A stretch of DNA of 64,000 nucleotides. It comes from Myxococcota bacterium (GTDB lineage: Bacteria; Myxococcota_A; UBA796; UBA2385). Shown piece after piece: positions 9,659-20,947 of the stretch (within the stretch, counting starts at the first letter, position 1; every line of letters starts with the position of its first letter). The position numbers and the translations under genes are program-made. The DNA is taken from assembly GCA_044344255.1 (NCBI GenBank), contig JBIJDH010000021.1, positions 84,045-148,044 on the forward strand, given 5' to 3'. Under the pieces are notes generated by a model. It saw only the letters and a list, made by a program, of their open reading frames with translations. It did not search any database and was not told the origin of the DNA.

Positions 9659-11056
9659 ATGTCCCGCCTCCGCGCCGCGCGCGCGCGCGCTGTCACCGTC
9701 CCTGTCGTCGTCGCCGTGCTCGTCGTGCTCTTCGGGCTCGGGCTCGGGCCTGGACTCGCCGGCCGCTCCGGCTGGGCGGCCGCCCCGGCCCTCGCGGAGT
9801 CACCGCCCTTCGTGGTCTGTCCGGCCGCGATGGACCCTGCTCGGACCTCCGCCGGCATCGGCGGCCTCTTCGGGGGGAAGGACGGTTGGATCTTCCGCGG
9901 CGACGCGGACCTCCACCCCACCTTCCGCACAGACGACCTCGCCCTCGAGAGCCTCCGCCGCTTCACGGTCGCGCTGCGGCGCCGGGGCACCACCCTCGTG
10001 CTGGTGCTGCTGCCCCCGCGCGGGCTCCTCGCCCCCGAGGTCGTCGATCCCGGCGCGCCCTTCGACCTCGTCGCCGCGCGCGCGAGCTGGGAGGCCGCGC
10101 TGCAGCGGGTCCGCTCGACCGGCGTCATCGTCCCCGACATCCGCGCCGCCCAGGAGGCCCAGGGGTCCGCGGAGGCCTGGTTTCACCGCGACCACCACTG
10201 GACCAGCCTCGGCGCACGCCTCGCCGCCGAGGCCGTGGCCGCCGCGGTGGCTCCGGACACCCTCGGGCTCCCGCGGTCCACCTTCGAGACCACCGAGGGC
10301 CCGCCCTATCCGCAGGAGGGCAGCCTCCGAAAGAAGGTCGAGGAGCTCTGCGGCCCCTCCGGCTGGCCGGGCGACAGCTACCGCACCTTCCACACCCGCT
10401 CGACCGCCGCCGCGGACCTCCTCGGCGAGAGCTTCCCCGCCGTGGTCGTCGTCGGCACCAGCAACGCCAACAAGAACGACCGCGACCTCTTCAACTTCGG
10501 AGGGTGGCTCTCGGAGGCCCTCCACACCGAGGTCGCCAATTGGGGCGTCGACGGGGGCGGCCCCGAGACCTCGCTCCAGGGATACCTCGACACCGAGGAG
10601 GCCCGCGCCCACCCGCCGAAGCTCCTGATCTGGGAGATCCCCGGCCATGTCTCGGTCGAGGTCGAGAGCCGCTACCGGGAGGCCCTGGCCACCCTCGAGG
10701 GCCCCTGCACCGACGCGGAGGCCCTGGCCCTCGGCGGGGGGGCGGTCGATGCCGCGGGCGTGGAGCTCCTCCCCCCGGACACGAAGCTCCAGGCCGCGGG
10801 CGGGCGGATCACCCTCGAGGCCAGCGACCTCGCGTTCTTGGAGTTCAACCTCAACCTTCGGTACGACCGGAAGGCGCGACAGGGCACCGAGGACCGCTTC
10901 CCCGTCCGCCGCTCGCCGCGCCAGCAGAACAACGGCCGCTACTTCGTCGGCCTCGACGTGCCCGACGGCGCCTCGCTCGTCGGGGTCCGTCTCGTGCCGA
11001 AGGGCCCAGGCGGCGGCACGGTGAAGCTGAGGGTGTGCCCGGCGCCGAAGGGCTGA
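9659..11056 (+). CDS. algX: AlgX-like SGNH O-acetyltransferase with a C-terminal beta domain (CBM-like)
   Basis: Signal peptide, GKDGWIFR, RDHHWT, GTSN, LLIWEIP, plus a ~120-aa Cys-bounded C-terminal domain as in AlgX. Confidence 0.8.
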   Translation: MSRLRAARARAVTVPVVVAVLVVLFGLGLGPGLAGRSGWAAAPALAESPPFVVCPAAMDPARTSAGIGGLFGGKDGWIFRGDADLHPTFRTDDLALESLRRFTVALRRRGTTLVLVLLPPRGLLAPEVVDPGAPFDLVAARASWEAALQRVRSTGVIVPDIRAAQEAQGSAEAWFHRDHHWTSLGARLAAEAVAAAVAPDTLGLPRSTFETTEGPPYPQEGSLRKKVEELCGPSGWPGDSYRTFHTRSTAAADLLGESFPAVVVVGTSNANKNDRDLFNFGGWLSEALHTEVANWGVDGGGPETSLQGYLDTEEARAHPPKLLIWEIPGHVSVEVESRYREALATLEGPCTDAEALALGGGAVDAAGVELLPPDTKLQAAGGRITLEASDLAFLEFNLNLRYDRKARQGTEDRFPVRRSPRQQNNGRYFVGLDVPDGASLVGVRLVPKGPGGGTVKLRVCPAPKG

Positions 11057-11119
11057 GCGCCGGGAGGACAGGGGAGGGAGCATGCTGTCCGACTCCGCCG
11101 GAGGAGGGGAGGGCTCATC

Positions 11120-13003
11120 TCACTCCGGCCCGCCGAAGACGACATACGCCGCGCCGGCCCACTCTCCATAGGTGCGGTCACCCGCCGCGCCGATCAGCAG
11201 ATCATCCGCACCGTCCCCGTCCAGGTCGGGGCAGCCTGCCACACGGCCCGCTGCAGCACCTGGTGCCTCTCCCTGCAGGGTGGCGTCCGCCGAGCCGCGA
11301 TCCACGGTCCCGCTAAATCCGTCGTAGAAGATATAGATCTCACCGGGGTATCCGTCCAAAAAGGACCCCACCACGACATCGTCGAGCCCGTCCGCGTCGA
11401 TGTCGGCATCGACTGATACACTCGATCCAACCTCGTCGAAGGCTGTGTCCCCATAGACCACACCATCCGCTTCACTCACCGTTTGAACACCGGTTGCTAT
11501 CGGGCCGCGAAAGAGCGCCGCCGCGCCCATGTACTCGCCGGAGCTCGCCTCACCCAGAGCGCCGACCAGAAGGTCATCATGGCCATCCCCGTCGGTGTCT
11601 CCACCACAAGAGAGGGAGTATCCCGTGGTGCCAGACCTCTCGTCAGCGCCTTCGATGCGCGCGTCAGCGTCGATCAGCGTCCCCTCCCAGTCCGACATGC
11701 GCAGGTCGCCGGAGAACGGGCCATCCATCAGATACACGAGGCCCCAGGTCATGAAGTCCCTGCGGCTCTCCGCCCCCAGGGAAGGCGCGCCGATCGCGAG
11801 GTCGGCCTCGCCGTCCCCGTTGAGGTCACCGCTGCAGAGGGCCCAGCCGAAGTTGCCATACTCGTGGCCCACATCTGGCTGAAAGGAGGCGACGGCGGAG
11901 TGAGTGCGCTCGCTGCTCTCCAGGGGGCCCTCGAAGATGTACACCGCACCGACATCCGCGCCCCAGTAACCGTCCTGAAAGAGGTTCCCCGAGCCGCCGA
12001 TGGCGAAGCGCCGATTTCCCAGCGCCGCGACGCTCCCACCCAATTGGACGCTGCCAAAATCGTCGATCAGGGTGGTGTCAGCATCGGAGACGAGGAGGGG
12101 CCCCACCACCGGCCCGTTGAAGAGCGCCGTCTCCACCAGCACCTCGTCGTACCCGTCCAGGTCCAGGTCGCCCACGAAGCCCATGCCATGCCAGGTCAGC
12201 GGGGCCTCGGGTTCCCCCCAGATCGAGGCCGCGGCCACGTCCTCGAGCAGCACTTCGCCGGTGGACAGCCCCCCCACCAGCCAAGCCCCCCCCGGGCCGG
12301 GGGCCCCCTCGGCGTCGAAATCGTACTCCTCCGTCTCTCCGATGAGCAGCTCCGGCTGCCCGTCCCCATCGGTGTCCCCGCCGCAGGTGACCGCGGCCCC
12401 GGTGAGGCCGCCCTCCGTCGAGCCCAGGTACTTCACGCCGCTGTCCGCGAGGCTCAGCTCACCCTCCGGCCGGCAGCGGCTGTCGGGCTCACCGGTGCAG
12501 CCGTCGTCGAGGCCGTTGCCGCAGATGTCCGGGGCGCCCGGATAGACCGCGGCGCGGCTGTCATCGCAGTCCTCTCCGGTGGCGAGGTAGCCTGTGGGGC
12601 TGTCGCAGCGCGCCTCGGGCGCAGACTCATCACCCCAGCCGTCTCCGTCCACGTCTGGATAGAGCAGCGTCGTCGGGAGCCCTTCGTCGATCTCGCTGTC
12701 ACAGTCGTCGTCTCGAGCGTTACACCGCTCCGCCGCGCCCGGATGAATGAGCGTGTCAGCGTCGTCACAGTCCTGGTCATCGGCCACAAAGCCGGCCGGC
12801 GCGACCTCGGCCTCCACCGGGGCCGCGGGGTCACCATATCCGTCGAGGTCGACGTCGGGGTACCAGGTGGAGCGGGGCGGCGCGGAGTCGGAGGCGCCGG
12901 TGTCGCCGGTGGGGGCGCCGCTGTCGGCCGTCAGCGGGGGGCCTTCGCCCTTGGGGCTGCAGGCCCCGAGAAAGGCGAGGAGGAGGGGGAGGAAGGCGGC
13001 CAT
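11120..13003 (-). CDS. Lipoprotein with Cys/Asp-rich putative metal-binding repeats (MopE-related type) and FG-GAP/integrin-alpha-like repeats
   Basis: Lipobox LGAC; WYPDVDLDGYGD, DCDD...IHPGAAERCNARDDDCD; several GDxDGDGxxDLLIGA repeats. Its start overlaps the upstream stop (TGATG). Confidence 0.85.
   Translation of the reverse strand: MAAFLPLLLAFLGACSPKGEGPPLTADSGAPTGDTGASDSAPPRSTWYPDVDLDGYGDPAAPVEAEVAPAGFVADDQDCDDADTLIHPGAAERCNARDDDCDSEIDEGLPTTLLYPDVDGDGWGDESAPEARCDSPTGYLATGEDCDDSRAAVYPGAPDICGNGLDDGCTGEPDSRCRPEGELSLADSGVKYLGSTEGGLTGAAVTCGGDTDGDGQPELLIGETEEYDFDAEGAPGPGGAWLVGGLSTGEVLLEDVAAASIWGEPEAPLTWHGMGFVGDLDLDGYDEVLVETALFNGPVVGPLLVSDADTTLIDDFGSVQLGGSVAALGNRRFAIGGSGNLFQDGYWGADVGAVYIFEGPLESSERTHSAVASFQPDVGHEYGNFGWALCSGDLNGDGEADLAIGAPSLGAESRRDFMTWGLVYLMDGPFSGDLRMSDWEGTLIDADARIEGADERSGTTGYSLSCGGDTDGDGHDDLLVGALGEASSGEYMGAAALFRGPIATGVQTVSEADGVVYGDTAFDEVGSSVSVDADIDADGLDDVVVGSFLDGYPGEIYIFYDGFSGTVDRGSADATLQGEAPGAAAGRVAGCPDLDGDGADDLLIGAAGDRTYGEWAGAAYVVFGGPE
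12773..12866. repeat. 94-bp direct repeat, copy 1 (inside the FG-GAP lipoprotein gene)
   Basis: Matches 14770-14863 with 7 mismatches by manual alignment. Confidence 0.9.
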
Positions 13004-14570
13004 CAGTTGGTGAGCTCAGCGAAGACAATTGCAGCATCATCTCCTGCGTTGACCCCACCGTCATCGTCAAGTCCCGTTCCGCATCCGGCGCCATCCAGGA
13101 GCTTGAACGCCATCGCGGAGCGAGCGGTCCCGCTGGTGACATGGACTACCGCCGAGACATTTTCGATGCAGTCATGGCTCGGCCCGCTGCTCGAGCCGTC
13201 CCAGTCGAAGTCGATCGGCACCTCGTCTCCCCATGTCGCTCCGTCCCAGTAGATGACATACCACTCGTAGGGAGAGTTCCACTGTTTGTAATACAACTTG
13301 TACTCTCCGTTGGGCAGCGGGACGAGCGTGTTGTCATGGACGTCCGTCACCTGCACCACCGGGCAGTCGGGGGAGCCACCGTCGGTGACCACGGTCCAGT
13401 CCCAGGTGAGGCCATTCCAGGCGCCCTCCGCCCGAGCGACGTCGTCGTGCGAGCCGGGATCTGCGCAGCTTGACGAGCCTGGCCTCTTCATGTTGAACAT
13501 CATGAAGGGGTAGTCGGTACCGGCGTCGATGTACGGGTCGCCGAGGTAGTTCCACCCGACACGGCCGTGCTGGGCGTGCACGACGTAGTCAGTGCCGCTC
13601 CCGCCGTCCGCCGCGATCGCCACGTAGCCATCGCCGTCCAGGAGGGTGGAGGAGCAGGTCCCGCCGCTGCAGAGCCCGAAGTCATCCCCCACCTCGTCGG
13701 TGGACTCGATCTGGAGCACCTCCTTGTTGGTGCGATCCTGGCTCTGCAAGAAGAGCTGCACCCGCCGATAGCCGGCCTCACGGGTGAGCATGGCCCAGGG
13801 GTGATCGGCCTTGTAGTCGTGGTCCCCCGAGTCAGCCGATCCCTCGGCGACCAGCGTGGCGGTGGCCCAGCTCGCAGGGTCGTTCAAGGCGCCGGTCGGC
13901 CAGCCCGTAGAGTCGTTGATGGTGTAATAGACCTTGCTGACCGATCCGCCGGCCGCCTCGCTGTAGTAGAGGCCCATCCGGTTGCCGAGGGAGAGGCTCC
14001 AGTCGGTAGGGTAGAAGAAGACGTGGGGCGCGTTGGCGTCCTGGTCATCCACCGCCACGGAGCTGACGTCCGTTGGGCCCGTGACGTCGGTGAGCTCCCA
14101 CGTCTCAAAGTCGGTCTGGGCGAGGGCGGTCGTGTTTGTCGCGACCTCGTAGCTGCCGCTGCCATCGCCATACTGGGAGACACACAGCGCAGACTCGCAG
14201 GCGAAGAGCGCGTAGGCGTAGTCCTTGCCGGAGCGATGCATGGTGTCTGTGATGGTCGTCGTCGCCGCAGACATGTTGGCGACGAGGGTGCCGCTGTTCG
14301 CCGTGGAAGGCGGGGTAGAGCCCTCCGCTCTGCGCAGCGTCAGCTTGTTCGTCCCGCCCCAGTTGTCTCCCGGGGGGGCCGGCGGGTTGCTACAAGCGCT
14401 CGGCGGAGCCGACGACCACGAGATCGTGATCGAGGCAGACTCGGCCCCGCCGGTAGCAGTCGCGAGGACGATCGGGTTCCAGGTGCCACAGACCGCTTCC
14501 GCGTTCGGAGTGATGAGCAACACCGCGTTCAGAAAGGAGAGGAGAGGAGAGGAGAGGAGAGGAGAATCAA
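13003..14570 (-). CDS. Hypothetical secreted beta-rich protein; its signal peptide is out of frame because of a (CTCCT)6 repeat (open part 13003-14523)
   Basis: The 506-aa ORF starts at GTG 14523 without an RBS. GGAGG + TTG at 14570 would give MILLS..FLNAVLLITPNAEA if the repeat count were 2 mod 3. Confidence 0.65.
14535..14564 (-). repeat. Pentanucleotide simple-sequence repeat (CTCCT)6 / (AGGAG)6
   Basis: Six perfect copies directly visible. Confidence 0.95.
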
Positions 14571-14769
14571 AGGGCCTCCAGTGGTATCGTCACCCGCAGA
14601 GCTGAATCCAAGCGCGACGAAATCAAGGTAACACAGATCTGGGGCGTCGCCGTCGAAATGGAGGGCGATCAGGCCAACGGCCCAGCAGATCTGACCATCG
14701 TCACAGGGCAGTGAGCGCCATCGTGTCTTCGCAAACGCCCTGGCCCTCCACGTCAGCGGCCGATGGGGG

Positions 14770-14863
14770 CTGGTCATCGACCACGAAGCCGGCCGGCGCG
14801 ACCTCGGCCTCCACGGGGGCCGTCGGGTCACCATACCCGTCCAGGTCGACGTCGGGGTACCAG
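14770..14863 (-). pseudogene. 94-bp direct repeat, copy 2: orphan remnant of a paralogous DxDGDGYG-repeat lipoprotein gene
   Basis: Encodes WYPDVDLDGYGDPTAPVEAEVAPAGFVVDDQ versus WYPDVDLDGYGDPAAPVEAEVAPAGFVADDQ in 11120-13003; no signal peptide and no continuation. Confidence 0.8.
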
Positions 14864-14924
14864 AGGGAGAGGGGGAGGCCAAGACCCGCACGGGCGAGGG
14901 GCCGGAGCGAACCGTGGGTCGATC

Positions 14925-15149
14925 GCCCTTCGGGGCCATGCCACTGCCCTTCGGGGCCATGCCACTGCCCTTCGGGGCCATGCCACTGCCCTTCGGGGCC
15001 ATGCCACCGCCCTTCGGGGCCATGCCACTGCCCTTCGGGGCCATGCCACCGCCCTTCGGGGCCATGCCACCGCCCTTCGGGGCCATGCCACTGCCCTTCG
15101 GGGCCATGCCACTGCCCTTCGGGGCCATGCCACTGCCCTTCGGGGCCAT
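14925..15149. repeat. 21-bp tandem array (GCCCTTCGGGGCCATGCCACY) x10.7
   Basis: Ten full units plus a partial unit; only the last base varies (C/T); no spacers. Confidence 0.95.
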
Positions 15150-15191
15150 CGCGCGGCCGGTCACCGCCCCGCGTGAATCGCCCCCCACCCC

Positions 15192-15476
15192 ATGTCAAGG
15201 GGCGCCATCACCGGCGCCGAGGTCAAGCGGCGGTATGGCGAGCGTTTCTCCTGCGAAGAGATGTTCCGCGACTTCAAGGACCTGCGGTATGACTGGGGGC
15301 TCTCCTGGACCCACATCGGCACCACCGCGCGCCGGGACAGCCTCTTCCTCCTCGCCGCGATGGCCTTCGTCCTCTTGATCCTCTCTCGGCACCGCCAATG
15401 GCGCCCTGCAACCGTACGAGTCGATGCAGGTCACTCTGTTGGGGGAGTCGTGGCAATAGCCGCCTTGATAGGCTAA
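15192..15476 (+). mobile_element. IS4-superfamily DDE transposase C-terminal remnant
   Basis: YGERFSCEEMFRDFK resembles the YREK signature of IS4-type transposases, followed by the typical hydrophobic helix (LFLLAAMAFVLL). The N-terminal DD region is missing. Confidence 0.7.
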
Positions 15477-15535
15477 ACGTATGAGGGGCTCCCCCAGAAG
15501 GCCAGGGGAGGCCGGGTGGGGCCAGGGCCGCTCAT

Positions 15536-16159
15536 TCAAGTGGTTTGTTCACGGGCCTTGGCGTCGAGCCGAGCGAGGATCGACCGCGCGAGCTCCTCGA
15601 AGTCCTCTCGACATCGCTGAACCGCGGACATCTGCGCCCCGATCGCGCCGTCCGCCGCCCGAAGGGCGAACATCGGCTTCTTGGCGTCCTGCGCGAGCGG
15701 CTTCAGGCTCTGGTAGTGGCGCATCACGCCGAGGCAGGCCGGATCTACGTCCGTGGACGCCGGAGGGGTACCGGAGTGCCCGAGCTGCCTATGTACCTCC
15801 CCCGGCATCTGCTGCACCCAGCGTTCGTAGGCTCGGATCGGCCGGTTCAACCGCATCTCCGCCTGCATGACCACATATCCTATGGCCTCCATCCGTCCGG
15901 CGGGGAGCCACAGCTCTCGGTCCGGGCAGCGCCCTCTTCGCTCACCCCAGCCGATTCGCCAGTCGGCCAGCGCCGGTCCGAGGTTGCGGAGGCCCTGCAT
16001 GGAGAACAAGTCCGGCGCCAGGGGGAGGATGACGTAGTCGGCGCCGATGAGCACCGCTCGATTGATCGCGCCCAAATTCGGCCCCACGTCTACGATCGCG
16101 ATGTCGGCCCGGTGCGCGATACCCGCTTCCCGGGTCAGGCGGGAGAGAGGGTTCCCATT
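15536..16159 (-). pseudogene. ParA/MinD-family ATPase, C-terminal fragment
   Basis: IAIVDVGPNLGAINRAVLIGADYVILPLAPDLFSMQGL (Walker B region). No Walker A and no valid start; joined directly to the upstream HATPase remnant. Confidence 0.8.
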
Positions 16160-16741
16160 CTACCGACAGGCTCGCCTCGCGATCGGCACGCCCGCTCCAA
16201 ACCGCTGAACAATACCCAATCGGTGTAGCGCGCCCGCGAGGGTGGGGTTTCGATAGTCATTTCCGCCTAGCGCGCCGAAGGTCTCCGGGTTGGCACGACC
16301 ATACAAGCCGCCTGGATTGTGATTTTCAACTCGGTCGGAGAACCAATACCACTGGGTGGGTGCGTTGCCCGTCTCGGTGGGGACACCGTCTGGGCTCGCC
16401 GAGTGGAGCGCGGAGGGCTGCTCAGCCAGGGACCGACCGCCTTCGCGGATGACCGAGGGGTCGACGGCGCTCGGTCGGTGTTCGTGGGTGAAGAGACCCA
16501 TGTCGAGATCGCGGAGGGTGGTGCCCGAGATCGCTCGCTGGTCGAGGGGAAGGTCCCACCCGCGTCGCCGTTCTGTGAGGACCCTCACTTGATCGCGCGT
16601 CGCGATCCCCCGGTTAGGCCCCGTCCGCACGCGCACCACGCCGCGGTGTTGGACGGGCGGCTCGTGGGAAGGCTCCGTTCTCTCGATGTTCGGGGCCTCC
16701 AGGCGCCAGGCGGCCTGGGCGAGGGCGTCTGGGGTGAGCAC
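16160..16741 (-). pseudogene. Degraded ATP-binding protein of the AlbA_2/RecG-C (HATPase_c_4) type
   Basis: WFSDRVENHNPGGLYG...DYRNPTLAGALHRLGIVQRFGAGVPIARRACR*NGNP: in-frame stop before the usual NGNP, with apparent internal deletions. Confidence 0.7.
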
Positions 16742-16829
16742 GGGGCTGGTCTCGCGGCGCGATTGGGATGGTGCTGGAGCCCTCGGCGCTGAGCCGGGCT
16801 AACTGTCCCCCCATCCCGCCGCGCCCCGC

Positions 16830-17450
16830 TCAGGGCTCGTAGCCGTAGAGCCCGCCCGCCCTGAGCTCACCCTCGCCGAAGAGCCGCCCGTCGCGGACGC
16901 GGAAGCCGCCCAGGCCGCCGTCGATGAGCGTGCCGCCCGCGCCTTCGAGCAGGGCGCCGTCTACGGCGTCGAGGCCGGGGCCGTGCTGGCCGGCGTCGAG
17001 GTCGAGGAGCCGGGTGACCGAGATCTCGGCGGTGCGGCCGTCGTCATAGAGGTCGAAGACGGTCACGGCCACGTCGTCAGCGGCGCCGTCGCCGTCGAGG
17101 TCACCCTTGCGGGCGGTCACGAAGAAGGCGGAGCTCGGGGTGGCACGGTCGGTGAGCGCGACGCCGATGAGGCGCTCGCCCTCGAGCTCGAAGACCGCGG
17201 GGGTGAGCGCGGTGGTCTCGACGCGGAGGTCGCTCAGCTCGAGGTCGAGCTCGGCGAGGAGGAGGGGGTCCATGATGCCGTCCTCGAGGTCCGTCATCAG
17301 CTTCTTCTTGAAGTCGAGGCACTGTGCCGGCGACAGCTCCGGCGGGCAGAGGATGAAGCTGCCGCCGCCGCCGAGGAGGCCGCCGCCGAGGATGTCGCCG
17401 GCGTGCGCGGGGGAGAGGGCGGCGAGCAGGGCGAAGATGGACAGGGTCAT
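16830..17450 (-). CDS. Hypothetical secreted acidic protein
   Basis: AGGAG RBS, signal peptide MTLSIFALLAALSPAHA, and a GDLDGDG Ca-binding-like loop. Confidence 0.7.
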   Translation of the reverse strand: MTLSIFALLAALSPAHAGDILGGGLLGGGGSFILCPPELSPAQCLDFKKKLMTDLEDGIMDPLLLAELDLELSDLRVETTALTPAVFELEGERLIGVALTDRATPSSAFFVTARKGDLDGDGAADDVAVTVFDLYDDGRTAEISVTRLLDLDAGQHGPGLDAVDGALLEGAGGTLIDGGLGGFRVRDGRLFGEGELRAGGLYGYEP

Positions 17451-17491
17451 GGGGCTCTCCTGGGCTCGGGAACGGTGACGACGATCCTGAC

Positions 17492-17507
17492 AGCACGAAG
17501 TGTGCCG
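17492..17507 (-). promoter_or_regulatory. Probable sigma54 promoter for the secreted protein gene
   Basis: Minus strand CGGCACACTTCGTGCT (GG-N10-GC with GGCAC and TGCT). Repeated GCCCACA-like motifs at ~17563-17610 lie further upstream. Confidence 0.55.
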
Positions 17508-17711
17508 GGGTCGTCGCTTGTCGTCGCCTCCGCACACGATGGCAGAAGATCGGCGATGGCGCGCCCACACGGGCCCACAGGCACCCACACGGGCCTACAG
17601 GCGCCCACAGCGCGGTGCGCGGTTTGGAGGAGCGGGCGCGGCGCGTCGGCGAACCGGCGAACGGCGGTGAACGGGGAGGTCGCGGCGCGGTGTTTGTGAC
17701 AGCAATTGGTG

Positions 17712-17740
17712 TTGACATCAAATGCTGGCAACATTACAGT
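17712..17740 (+). promoter_or_regulatory. Sigma70 promoter, probably giving a leaderless mRNA for the MerR-like gene
   Basis: TTGACA-N17-TACAGT; ATG follows 6 nt after the -10 box with no RBS. Confidence 0.7.
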
Positions 17741-17746
17741 AATGAC

Positions 17747-18330
17747 ATGACGCCTCGCCTGACCGACCTCCGCGACCAGACCTTCACGCTCCCCGAGCTC
17801 TGCCTCCGGGCGGAAGCGTTGATCCGATCGGTCGGATCGACCCCCGCCGACCAGCGGGTCACCCCCTTCCCGGACGTGCGCACCACCCGCTACTACCAGA
17901 CCCTCGGCCTCGTCGATCGTCCCCTCCGCCATGACGGTCGCAGCGCGATCTACGGCTACCGGCACCTGCTGCAGGCGGTGGCGGTCAAGCTCCTGCAGAA
18001 CGAGGGCTGGTCGCTGTCACGATTGCAGCAATCGTTGGCGGGGGTCTCGACCGAGGCCCTCGAGGTGGCCGTCGAAGAGTCCCTCCTCCCGAGCGGCGAG
18101 GCCGCGCCCCCTGCGGAGGCGCGCCCCGATGACGCGCGGCGCGCGCATGCGCGCGCAGCGCCCGCGCCGCCGGGTCCGCCCGCGCCGCCGGGTCCGGCCC
18201 CCTGGGTGGCGGCCGCCCTGGCCCCGGGCCTCGTGATCAGCATCGACCCCGCCCTCCACCCTGACCCTCCCGCCATCATCGCCGCGTTGTCGCTTCTCTT
18301 CTCCGCATCCCGTCCCGATCAGGAGCTCCC

Positions 18331-18334
<4 letters not shown>
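17747..18334 (+). CDS. MerR-type HTH regulator
   Basis: PDVRTTRYYQTLGLVDRP...YGYRHLLQAVAVKLLQNEGWSL; overlaps the next gene (ATGA). Confidence 0.85.
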
Positions 18335-20943
<2,609 letters not shown>

Positions 20944-20947
20944 AGGC

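Noticed and set aside
6991..10140. 1049-aa minus-strand ORF
   Set aside because: Antisense shadow of the alg-like operon; Arg/Gly/Pro-rich with no motifs, as expected in high-GC DNA.
12773..14863. 94-bp duplication as a diversity-generating retroelement TR/VR pair
   Set aside because: The seven mismatches are not adenine-specific on either strand, the coding copy is near the N-terminus, and there is no reverse transcriptase in the window.
14925..15149. 21-bp array as a CRISPR array
   Set aside because: Units are contiguous with no unique spacers, and there are no cas genes in the window.
14529..15378. ORFs made of MAPKGSG, WHGPEGQ, GHATALR or AMPLPFG repeats
   Set aside because: The stop-free 21-bp repeat opens all six frames; none has a credible RBS or a non-repeat domain, apart from the 94-bp gene remnant.
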